DNA from: Alphaproteobacteria bacterium
GTDB lineage: Bacteria; Pseudomonadota; Alphaproteobacteria; UBA8366
Length of the DNA stretch: 64,000 nt
Reading direction: 5' to 3'
NCBI GenBank assembly: GCA_009377445.1
Contig: WHUA01000004.1
Span: forward strand, 85,273 to 149,272
A program made the position numbers and the translations under genes. Below the pieces are notes generated by a model. That model was not told the DNA's origin. It saw nothing but the letters and a program-made list of their open reading frames with translations, and searched no databases. Positions 19,756 through 27,898 of the stretch are shown piece after piece (position 1 is the first letter of the stretch; each line of letters starts with the position of its first letter).

Positions 19756-20192
19756 GCGGGCCGGACGCGGGCGTTGCGATCAGGGGGCATGTGGGAATCG
19801 GGCCGGCGGTGCGCGGGATCGCGCTCGTGGCCGCGGACGATTTCAGCACGCGCTATGACCTCGACCGCGACCGGGGCGTGTTCTCGCGCCCGTCGCACAA
19901 GCTCTTCGGCGAGAGCTATGTCGGCCGGATTCTCGTCCTCAATGCTGCGAAGGGCGGCGTGGCTTCCGCGTGGATGCTGCGCGACATGGTCACGATGGAG
20001 AAAGCGCCGCTCGCCTTGCTGCTGAACGACGCGAACCCGGTCATGGCGCAAGGAGCCGCCTTCGCCAATCTGCCCCTCATGGACCGGTTCGAGGGCGACA
20101 TCACGCAAGCCGTCCGGACCGGCGACCTGCTGTACGTCGACCCGGCGGGCGGCGTCGTCACGATCGAGAGGAGGAACGGTATCGATGGCTGA
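19752..20192 (+). CDS. Aconitase X swivel-domain (small) subunit, DUF126 family
   Basis: The GTG start overlaps the upstream stop (GTGA). GIALVAADDFSTRYDLDRDRGVF...GRILVLNAAKGGVASAWML matches the DUF126 pattern. It was hidden inside ORF 18564..20192. Confidence 0.72.
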   Translation: MSGPDAGVAIRGHVGIGPAVRGIALVAADDFSTRYDLDRDRGVFSRPSHKLFGESYVGRILVLNAAKGGVASAWMLRDMVTMEKAPLALLLNDANPVMAQGAAFANLPLMDRFEGDITQAVRTGDLLYVDPAGGVVTIERRNGIDG

Positions 20193-21603
20193 AGCGATGC
20201 CCCGGATGGCCGGTTCCGACATCATCGTAGAAAGTATCGTCGCGCTCTCGGAGCAGATCGCATGGCCGCGGCTGTCACCGTCCATACAAAACGCCGCCAG
20301 GCGCGAGCTGCTCGACATCCTGGGCGACATGGCCGCCGGCTACGCCGTCCTCGGCATGCCGCCCTGGCTCGAGGCGACCGCGCTATGGGCGGGTGCAGGA
20401 AACTGCAGCGCCGTCGACGGCACGCGGCGTGCGCCCGCGGCGGCGGCCCTGATCAACGGCTATTTCACGCATGCGCTGGAGCTGGACGACACCCATGACG
20501 ACGCTGTGCTGCACGCGGGCGCGGCGGTCGTGCCGGCGGCGCTTGCGGCGTGCGAGATCGAAGGCGGCGTCGGCGGGAAGCGGCTGATGGAAGCGATCGT
20601 GCTCGGCATCGAGGTGTCGTGCCGCCTCGGCATCGCGACCGGCCTCAACCTGGTGCAGGGCGGCTGGATCTATAGCGCTCTCCTCGGTCATTTCGGCGCA
20701 GCGGCAGCGGCTGCGCGAATACTGTCCGACGATCCGGACGTCCTGCGGAGCGCGCTCGGCGCTGCCTACACGCTGACATCGGGCAACCATCAGTCGACGC
20801 GGGAAGGCGCGGAGACCAAGCACCTCCAGCCCGCCATCGCGGCCAGCAATGGCCTGCTCGCCGCCCTGATGGCGCGGAACGGCCTTGCCGGGGTCGCCCA
20901 TCCCTTCCTCGGCGAGGACGGCTTGAGCCGGGTCTATCTTCACGGCAAGCTCGATCCGCAGCGCTTCGATGCCGTGCTTGGCGCGACGCCGGAAATCGCC
21001 AGGCTGTCCTTCAAGCCCTATCCGTCCTGCCGCCTCACGCACCCCGCGATCACGGCGGCGCTCGATTTACGTCGCGAGATCGGCGGCGCGTTGGACGGCG
21101 GCACGACGATCGACCTTCGCGTCAATCCGCAGGCGTTCGACGTCGTCGGCAAGACGCATGAGGCGCGCATGCATCCGAAAAAACGGCTCGACGCGCAGTT
21201 CAGCATCTACTGGTGCGTCGCCGTCGCCTTGGCGCATGGCGAGGTGCTTCCCGGGCATCTGGTGAGCGAGATTCCGCCCTCCCCCGATGTCGCGTCCTGG
21301 ATCGGCCGCATCCGCTGTGCGCCCGCCGACGCCGCGCCGGACCGCGACATCGGCGGCTGCGTGCTGACGGCGACAGGGCGCTTCGGCATGCGGCAGATTG
21401 CGGTCGACAATGCCAAGGGCCATCCCGACGACCCGGTGACCGACGCGGAACTGCGGCGCAAGTTCGCACACAACGCCGGTCTTGCCGGGGTCTCGAGCGA
21501 AGGCGCCGGCCGCCTCGCCGACCGAATTTGGAAGGCCGATGAGGCTGCCGACGCTTCGCGCCTGTTACAGCAGGTTATCGCGGCGCGTGGAAACGCCGCG
21601 TAG
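20185..21603 (+). CDS. MmgE/PrpD family protein (2-methylcitrate dehydratase-like)
   Basis: ALINGYFTHALELDDTHDDAVLHAGAAVVPAALA is the conserved PrpD N-domain motif. The start overlaps the preceding gene by 8 nt. Confidence 0.85.
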   Translation: MAEAMPRMAGSDIIVESIVALSEQIAWPRLSPSIQNAARRELLDILGDMAAGYAVLGMPPWLEATALWAGAGNCSAVDGTRRAPAAAALINGYFTHALELDDTHDDAVLHAGAAVVPAALAACEIEGGVGGKRLMEAIVLGIEVSCRLGIATGLNLVQGGWIYSALLGHFGAAAAAARILSDDPDVLRSALGAAYTLTSGNHQSTREGAETKHLQPAIAASNGLLAALMARNGLAGVAHPFLGEDGLSRVYLHGKLDPQRFDAVLGATPEIARLSFKPYPSCRLTHPAITAALDLRREIGGALDGGTTIDLRVNPQAFDVVGKTHEARMHPKKRLDAQFSIYWCVAVALAHGEVLPGHLVSEIPPSPDVASWIGRIRCAPADAAPDRDIGGCVLTATGRFGMRQIAVDNAKGHPDDPVTDAELRRKFAHNAGLAGVSSEGAGRLADRIWKADEAADASRLLQQVIAARGNAA

Positions 21604-21612
21604 CTTCCCGCG

Positions 21613-22119
21613 TCAGGGCACGCAGTGGAAGCTGGCGGCTTTCGAGCCGTTCGGATTCGTGGTCACCGTCGCGCTCGACCGTTTGCCCAACCGCATGCAA
21701 TAGGATTCGGCATTCTGAGACGCCTGCAACAGCTCCTGCGACGTGCTGTAGCTGTAGGTCATCGGCGTGGCGGCCGGGGCCGCTGGCGCCGCCATCGCCA
21801 CCGCCGGCGCAGGCGCCGAGGCGAGCGGCACGCACTCGAAAACCACCGAGCTCGTGCCGTCCGGGTTGCTCGTGATGGTGCCCGATCGCAAGGATCGCGC
21901 CTGATACTGGCCGCAGAACGCAGACGCCCGATCGCCGGCCATCAGCAGTTCCTGGTCGTTGCTGTACGTGTAGGTCACGCTGGGATTGTTGGCATAGACC
22001 TGCTCCGGGCCGGCGGAATGGATCGGCCCGCAAGCCGCGAGCGCGCCCGCCGCAAGCAACGCGCCGGCCACGCCGCAAATTCTCGACGCACGCGCGCCGT
22101 TCGCTTTCTTCGTTATCAT
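21613..22119 (-). CDS. Lipoprotein with an internal tandem domain duplication
   Basis: Has a signal peptide with lipobox LAACG. Two ~50-aa units are paralogous: VTYTYSNDQELLMAGDRASAFCGQ...SSVVFECVP and MTYSYSTSQELLQASQNAESYCMR...KAASFHCVP. Confidence 0.6.
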   Translation of the reverse strand: MITKKANGARASRICGVAGALLAAGALAACGPIHSAGPEQVYANNPSVTYTYSNDQELLMAGDRASAFCGQYQARSLRSGTITSNPDGTSSVVFECVPLASAPAPAVAMAAPAAPAATPMTYSYSTSQELLQASQNAESYCMRLGKRSSATVTTNPNGSKAASFHCVP

Positions 22120-22312
22120 TCTCAAACGCTCCTCTAGGGTCGCCCGCCGTTACCGGCCGGACCTCCCCTTGATGGCCTGTTGCCGCGCGGAACGAGAAGT
22201 TGTCCAAAAGTGATCGATGAACGAACGAATCGGCGCGCGGGTTCCCCGCGCGGCCGGGCGCGCCGCCATGCGGATCAAAAAAACCGGTGATTTCAGACGG
22301 TTCGGCGGAACC

Positions 22313-23284
22313 TCAGGAGCGAGGCTTGCGTCCGCCGCCCACGACCAGCGCCGGCCCTTTGCGCAACGTCACGCTCACGACCTCGCCGGGGCAGAAGGTG
22401 CGGAACGGCAGGACGCAGGCGCCGAGGCCGCGGCTGGTGTATCCCACCATGTCGCCGTGTTGCCAGGCGCCGCGCGCCAGGTGGCGGTTGGCCTTCATCC
22501 CCATCGCAATGGGCCGGCCGCCGGGCAGGCAGATCTGGCCGCCATGCGTGTGTCCGGTCAGGTAGAGCCGGTGGCGCGCGGCGGCGACGTGGGCGACCTC
22601 CGGCGAATGGACGAGCGCGATGCAGAACCCTTCGGGCGCGGATTCCAGCGCGACCCTGGCGTCCTCGGTGTGAAAGCGGTGGACGTCATCGACGCCCGTC
22701 ACATGCAGCGCCTCTCCGCCGCGGGCATAGCTAATCGTCTCGTTCAGCAGCACGCGGATGCCGAGATCTTCCATCGGCGGCACCATGGCGGCGCTGTCAT
22801 GGTTGCCGAGAACGCCGATCGTCCCGTCCCGCGCCCTGACCGCCGAGACGACATGGCCGAGGCGCTTCATCAGCGGCCCCATCGGCGCATGGATGTTGTC
22901 GCGGATGTCGCCGGTGATGACACAAAGGTCGCTTTCCACCGCGGCGACGCGCTCCGCCACGGCTTCCGCCGTCCCGTCGATATTGTCGAGATGCAGGTCG
23001 GTCAGATGCAGGATGCGGTATCCGTCGAATGCCGCCGGCAGATCGGGAAACGAGGCCGTAAGCTCGGTGAGACCGAGCCTCAGCGCCCGCTCGGCGCCCC
23101 AGCGGACGGGCCGCGTCGGCCGCAGCACGTCATGGGTGCGCCGCGCCGTCCGATAGAGATAGCTCCGCATCTGCCCGCGCCAGCGCTTGCCGGACGGCTG
23201 CGCCTCCATCGCCTCGCGCCGGGCGCGCCAATCGCGGCGCCGTTGCATCAACTCATGGTCTTCGTCGAACGGGCCGCCATGCAT
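22313..23284 (-). CDS. Metallophosphoesterase (YkuE/YaeI-like)
   Basis: Contains the motifs HLTDLHL, ITGDIRD, LGNHD, HSP and TGHTHGGQ. ATG 23284 was chosen. Confidence 0.8.
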   Translation of the reverse strand: MHGGPFDEDHELMQRRRDWRARREAMEAQPSGKRWRGQMRSYLYRTARRTHDVLRPTRPVRWGAERALRLGLTELTASFPDLPAAFDGYRILHLTDLHLDNIDGTAEAVAERVAAVESDLCVITGDIRDNIHAPMGPLMKRLGHVVSAVRARDGTIGVLGNHDSAAMVPPMEDLGIRVLLNETISYARGGEALHVTGVDDVHRFHTEDARVALESAPEGFCIALVHSPEVAHVAAARHRLYLTGHTHGGQICLPGGRPIAMGMKANRHLARGAWQHGDMVGYTSRGLGACVLPFRTFCPGEVVSVTLRKGPALVVGGGRKPRS

Positions 23285-23482
23285 ACCGTTGCTATTCCTG
23301 AAATTTTCTGAAATACCGTGCCGCTGCCGACTGCAGTCCCGGTGACATATAGGGCTTCGACGCCGGAAAATCAAAAACGGCGCGGCATGTACCAGGTCAA
23401 CTGCCGCCCGGCCGGGTGGCCCTGGCCCGTGGTATTTGCTAAATATTGGCTTCGAGAGTCAGGCGGCAGGAAAGGCAGGCCA

Positions 23483-24337
23483 ATGGCGGATATCGCGTTC
23501 GAGCGCATCGAGGTTCGGCCCCTTGCAGGCTCGCTCGGCGCCGAAATCGCGGGGGCGGACCTGGCGAAGGACCTGGACAACCAGACCTTCGACGAGATCC
23601 ACCGCGCGTTCCTGGCGCATCACGTGCTTTTCTTCCACGATCAGGCGCTGACGCCGCAGAGTCAGGCCGCATTCGGCCGCCGCTTCGGACCGCTCAACCG
23701 CCATCCCTACGTGAAGCCGCTGCCGGACGCGCCCGACGTGTTCGCCATCGTCAAGGAGCCGGAGGACGCCCATCACTTCGGCAACGGCTGGCATACCGAT
23801 CTCAGCTATACCGAGAAGCCGGCCTACGGAACGATGCTCTACGCGCTCGAGGTGCCGCCCTACGGCGGCGACACGATGTTCACCAACCTCCACCTCGCCT
23901 ACGAGGCGCTTTCGGATGGCATGCAGAAGATGCTGGCCAAGCTGACCGGCCTGTACAGCAACGCGCGCACCTACGGACCGAATGCCCAGCGGTTCAAGGA
24001 CGGCGTCCTGTCGATGGCGGTATCCCAGCAGTTCGAGCCGGGCCGGGTCGAGCATCCGCTGGTGCGGACGCATCCGGAAACCGGCCGGAAGTCGCTCTAC
24101 TTCAGCGAGCTTCACATGGCCGGCATCAAGGACATGAAGGACGAAGAGGCGGCGCCGATCCTGAAGTTCCTGGCGCAACATGCGGCGCGGCCGGAATTCA
24201 CCTGCCGGCTGCGCTGGCGCAAGGGCTCGCTCGCCTTCTGGGACAACCGCTGCACCGCGCACTACGCGATCGACGACTTCCAGGGCATGCGACGCGCCAT
24301 GCACCGGGTTACGGTCGAAGGCGACCGGCCGTTCTAA
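23483..24337 (+). CDS. TauD/TfdA family Fe(II)/2-oxoglutarate dioxygenase
   Basis: NGWHTDLSY supplies the HxD iron ligands, and WDNRCTAHYA is the C-terminal His/Arg region. ATG 23483. Confidence 0.85.
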   Translation: MADIAFERIEVRPLAGSLGAEIAGADLAKDLDNQTFDEIHRAFLAHHVLFFHDQALTPQSQAAFGRRFGPLNRHPYVKPLPDAPDVFAIVKEPEDAHHFGNGWHTDLSYTEKPAYGTMLYALEVPPYGGDTMFTNLHLAYEALSDGMQKMLAKLTGLYSNARTYGPNAQRFKDGVLSMAVSQQFEPGRVEHPLVRTHPETGRKSLYFSELHMAGIKDMKDEEAAPILKFLAQHAARPEFTCRLRWRKGSLAFWDNRCTAHYAIDDFQGMRRAMHRVTVEGDRPF

Positions 24338-24441
24338 ATAGCGCTCGGCCCGTCAGGGCAGCGACCCTGACCTTGCCGCATTGCATTTCGCATTCTGCCG
24401 CGATCCGCTACGCTTTCCGAAAAGCGGAAAGGGAGGATGCC

Positions 24442-25773
24442 ATGGACGCCAAGCGCGTGCGATCGATCGTCGAAAAGTGGATGTTTCCGACCGAAGGCGG
24501 CAGCTACATGGGAGGGCTGGAGCGGCGGCCGATTCTCGCCCGTTCGAAGGGCAGTATCGTCGTCGACACCAACGGGAAGGAGTACCTGGACTTTCAATCG
24601 GGCCAGATGGCGGCCGCTCTCGGCCATCAGCATCCCCGCATCGTCGCGGCGATCGAAAAGACGATGAAGGTAATGATGCACGCCTCCAATACGATGCTGA
24701 ATGTTCCGCGGCTCCGGCTGCACGAGCGGCTCGGCAGGCTGCTGCCGAAGCCGCTGTCGAAGTCGTTGTTCCTGGTCAGTGGCAGCGACGCCATCGAGGC
24801 CGCGATCGACCTTGCCCGAAAGGCAACCGGCGGGCTCGACGTAATCGGCTTTCACGCTGCGCTGCATGGCTCGACGTCCTACCTGACGCGCTCCGTCACC
24901 TTCAATTGGGACCGCCGCAATCACAGCATCGTCGCGCCCGCCACGCAGTCGATTCTAACGCCCTATTGCTACCGGTGTCCGCTCAACCTCAAGTTCCCGG
25001 GTTGCAAGCTTCAGTGCCTGACGACCAGCCTTGAAATGGCGGACGCCAATTTCACGAGCCAACCTGCAGCGTTCATCGGCGAGCCCGTCCTCAGCGCGGG
25101 CGGCGTGATCGTCCCGCCGCCCGGCTACTACGAGGCGATCCGCAAGGCCTGCGATGCACGCGGGATGCTGCTGATCCTAGACGAATCGCAGACCGGTCTC
25201 GGAAAGACGGGAAAGTTGTTCGGTTTCCAGCACGAGGAAGGCGTGACTCCCGACATCATCACCATTTCCAAGCATTTCGGCGGCGGCTTTCCGATCAGCG
25301 CCGTCTGCTCTACAGCCCCCGTCGCCGAGGCTGCGGTCAAAAACGGATACTTCGCCACCCGCAGTCACGCGACCGATCCATTGGCGTGCGCCGCGGGTGA
25401 GGAAAGCCTCGACATCGTCGTCGACGAAGACCTGTCCGGCCGCGCCGCGCACATCGAACGGAGGATCAGGCGCGCCCTGAAACGGATGGCCAAGGAGTTC
25501 GAGCTAATCGGCGACGTTCGCGGGCGCGGCGTCCTGCTCGGCATCGAGCTGGTAACGGACCGCAGGAGCAAGGCTCCGGCGAACAAGCAGGCGCAAGCCG
25601 TCTTCGAGCACTGCCTGAGCGCCGGTCTGATCTTCCAGCTACGCGGCGTGCGCAAGCTGAAGAACGTGATCCGGCTGGTTCCGCCGATGACGGCCACCGA
25701 TGCCGAAGTCGATCGCGCGATGGGAATACTGTACGACGCGCTCTCCAAAGTTACGCGGGCGCGGGCGGCATGA
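24442..25773 (+). CDS. Class III (omega-type) PLP aminotransferase
   Basis: LDFQSGQMAAALGHQHP, LILDESQTGLGKTGKLFGF and ITISKHFGGG (PLP lysine) are present. ATG 24442 follows GGGAGG. It lies within the fused ORF 23446..25773. Confidence 0.85.
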   Translation: MDAKRVRSIVEKWMFPTEGGSYMGGLERRPILARSKGSIVVDTNGKEYLDFQSGQMAAALGHQHPRIVAAIEKTMKVMMHASNTMLNVPRLRLHERLGRLLPKPLSKSLFLVSGSDAIEAAIDLARKATGGLDVIGFHAALHGSTSYLTRSVTFNWDRRNHSIVAPATQSILTPYCYRCPLNLKFPGCKLQCLTTSLEMADANFTSQPAAFIGEPVLSAGGVIVPPPGYYEAIRKACDARGMLLILDESQTGLGKTGKLFGFQHEEGVTPDIITISKHFGGGFPISAVCSTAPVAEAAVKNGYFATRSHATDPLACAAGEESLDIVVDEDLSGRAAHIERRIRRALKRMAKEFELIGDVRGRGVLLGIELVTDRRSKAPANKQAQAVFEHCLSAGLIFQLRGVRKLKNVIRLVPPMTATDAEVDRAMGILYDALSKVTRARAA

Positions 25774-25865
25774 GTGAGGTCAGGGAGCCGGACCGTCAGG
25801 TAATGGCCGCACCGATTCCAAAGGGCCGTATTCGATAATAAAGGACAAGGGAGGACACGAAAGCC

Positions 25866-26699
25866 ATGAAATTCGGTATCCATCTGCCGCAGTTCGGCCG
25901 TGCCGCGGGTCCGGACACGATCCGCAAGGCCGCGGTCGAGGCGGAGCAGCAGGGCTATGACGACATCTGGGTGAGCGATCACCTGGCGATCCCGGTCGAC
26001 GCGCCCTACCCGCCCACGGCCTATATCTACGAGCCGCTGATCAGCCTGACCTGGGCCGCCGCCGCGACGACGCGGATCGGGCTCGGCACCTCTGTCCTGG
26101 TGCTGCCGATGCGCCATCCGCTGGTGCTCGCGAAGATGCTGGCGACGCTCGACCTGATGAGCGGCGGGCGCGTCACCGTCGGCGCGGCGGTCGGCTGGCT
26201 GGAGGCGGAGTTCGACGCGCTAGGCGTGCCCTTCAAGGAGCGCGGCGCGCGCTCGGACGAGACGATCCGCATGCTGCGCGCCTGCTGGACGGAAGATCCG
26301 GTCAATCTTGAAGGCGCGCACGTGCCCGCCAAGTTCAAGGCGATGCGCACCCTGCCCCACCCGGGCCACGCCATCCCGATATGGGTCGGCGGCAAATCGG
26401 ACGCGGCGCTCGACCGCGCCGTCAGGCTCGGCGACGGCTGGCACGGCAGCCACACGACCCCCGAGCAAGTCGCGCCGACCATCGCCCGCCTGCGCAAAGT
26501 GCGGCCGGAGGAAAGCTTCGCGCTGTCGCTTCGCCTGCACTGGGACGCGCTGGAGGACGAAGCCGACATGATGCGCCGCCACGTCGCCGGCTTCCGCGAT
26601 CTCGGCGTCCAGCACCTCATGTTCCAGCCGCGCCAGCGCCACGCGGAAGACTGGCTGCGCTCGGCGGAGAAGCTTTTGGAGATCGCGCGGAAAGTATAA
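25866..26699 (+). CDS. Luciferase-like monooxygenase (LLM), F420-dependent-type oxidoreductase
   Basis: MKFGIHLPQFG..., LDLMSGGRVTVGAAVGW and IPIWVGG fit the LLM/TIGR03619-like pattern. Confidence 0.78.
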   Translation: MKFGIHLPQFGRAAGPDTIRKAAVEAEQQGYDDIWVSDHLAIPVDAPYPPTAYIYEPLISLTWAAAATTRIGLGTSVLVLPMRHPLVLAKMLATLDLMSGGRVTVGAAVGWLEAEFDALGVPFKERGARSDETIRMLRACWTEDPVNLEGAHVPAKFKAMRTLPHPGHAIPIWVGGKSDAALDRAVRLGDGWHGSHTTPEQVAPTIARLRKVRPEESFALSLRLHWDALEDEADMMRRHVAGFRDLGVQHLMFQPRQRHAEDWLRSAEKLLEIARKV

Positions 26700-26712
26700 A
26701 TTCGGTCCGCCA

Positions 26713-26752
26713 TTGCCATATGGCGTAAAGTAGATATATAATGCCATATGGC
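26713..26752 (+). promoter_or_regulatory. Sigma-70-like promoter with two palindromic operators upstream of the RES/Xre TA pair
   Basis: TTGCCA (26713..26718), N18, then TATAAT (26737..26742). The perfect palindrome GCCATATGGC occurs twice (26715..26724 and 26743..26752), overlapping the -35 and lying just after the -10. Confidence 0.5.
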
Positions 26753-26770
26753 ATATACGGAGGCGGCCCG

Positions 26771-27187
26771 ATGCCCGTGACCTTGCATGAACCGGAAAGG
26801 CGGCCGAAATCGACGGCGATCACCGATGAAGAGACCGGGGCGATGCTCCGCGCCTTCTTCAATTTGGCGGACCGTTGGGCGCTCAGCGACCGGGAAGCGC
26901 GGATCCTGCTGGGACAGCCCGCCGCCCGCACCTTTGCCCGCTGGAAATCCGGCGCTGCGGACCTGTCCCGGGTGCCGCACGACACGCGGCAACGGCTTTC
27001 CATGCTGATGGGAATCCACAAGGGGCTGCGCTACATGTTCCGCGAGCCCGAACGCGGCTACGCATGGATGCGCAAGGCCAACAGAGCCTTCGCCGGACAA
27101 TCGGCGCTGGAGCGCATGCTTTCTGGCGAGATCGTCGACCTTGCGACGGTCCGGTTCTATCTCGACGCGGAAGTGGGCGGCTGGTGA
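26771..27187 (+). CDS. Xre-like antitoxin with DUF2384 domain (ParS/MbcA type)
   Basis: ATG 26771 follows ACGGAGG. ARILLGQP...TFARWK and AFAGQSALERMLSGEIVDLATVRFYLDA are typical DUF2384 motifs. The stop overlaps the toxin start. Confidence 0.8.
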   Translation: MPVTLHEPERRPKSTAITDEETGAMLRAFFNLADRWALSDREARILLGQPAARTFARWKSGAADLSRVPHDTRQRLSMLMGIHKGLRYMFREPERGYAWMRKANRAFAGQSALERMLSGEIVDLATVRFYLDAEVGGW

Positions 27188-27882
27188 TACCGGCGGTCAC
27201 CCAGGTCCGCTGGGATCGCACCTACCGCCTTATCCGCTCGATCTACCCGCCGGTAAACCTGTTCGAAGACGTGGCCGCCCCCGCCGACTGGGAGCTGATC
27301 GCGAACGCGGAGGCAAAGACCAATCCGCGCGTGCGCGACGCGCTCGGCGCAATCCAACTGGTGCCCGTCGAAAGGCGCGTATCCGGCGCCGGCGCAAGCT
27401 GGATCATGGCGCCTTTCTGTCATGTCTCCCGCGCCCGGCCGAGCCGGTTCAGCGACGGGAGCTATGGCGTCTATTACGCAGGGAACCGGTTCGAGGTCGC
27501 GTTGCACGAGACGATCTATCATTTCGAGCGCTTCATGCGTGCGACGTCGGAAGAGCCGGTTCAAGCCGACTATCGCGAGCTGGTCGGCATGATCGATCGC
27601 GCGATGCACGACATCCGCAATGACGATGGTTTCGCGGACGCCCTCGACCCGGACGACTATGCGCCCGGACAAGCGCTCGCGCGCCGTCTTCGCAACGGCG
27701 AAGAAAGTAACGGCGTCGTCTATCCCAGCGTTCGATTTCCCGCAGGCGAGGCGATCGCGGCCTTTTGGCCGGACGTCGTCACCATTCCCATTCAAGCGCG
27801 GCATCTGCGCTATCGCTGGAATGGCTCGTGCGTCGATGCCTACTTGATTTATGGCGCGGACAATTGGATTTCGTTCGGGTAG
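27184..27882 (+). CDS. RES-domain toxin (ParT/MbcT type NAD+-targeting family)
   Basis: The GTG start forms a GTGA overlap. R-E-S signature residues appear in PSRFSDGSYGVYYAG, ALHETIYH and VVYPSVRF. Confidence 0.85.
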   Translation: MIPAVTQVRWDRTYRLIRSIYPPVNLFEDVAAPADWELIANAEAKTNPRVRDALGAIQLVPVERRVSGAGASWIMAPFCHVSRARPSRFSDGSYGVYYAGNRFEVALHETIYHFERFMRATSEEPVQADYRELVGMIDRAMHDIRNDDGFADALDPDDYAPGQALARRLRNGEESNGVVYPSVRFPAGEAIAAFWPDVVTIPIQARHLRYRWNGSCVDAYLIYGADNWISFG

Positions 27883-27898
27883 AGCATTGGTGCCGTCT

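Noticed and set aside
22238-22283. Hairpin CGCGCGGG-TTC-CCCGCGCG and an A7 run after the metallophosphoesterase gene, considered as an intrinsic terminator.
   Set aside because: On the transcribed (minus) strand the T-run is preceded only by a weak 5-bp stem. The strong GC hairpin lies after the T-run, not before it, so the geometry does not fit a canonical terminator.
26741-26770. ORF-track start of the antitoxin at 26741.
   Set aside because: That ATG lies inside the -10/operator palindrome. ATG 26771 has an ACGGAGG SD and gives a normal-length DUF2384 antitoxin.
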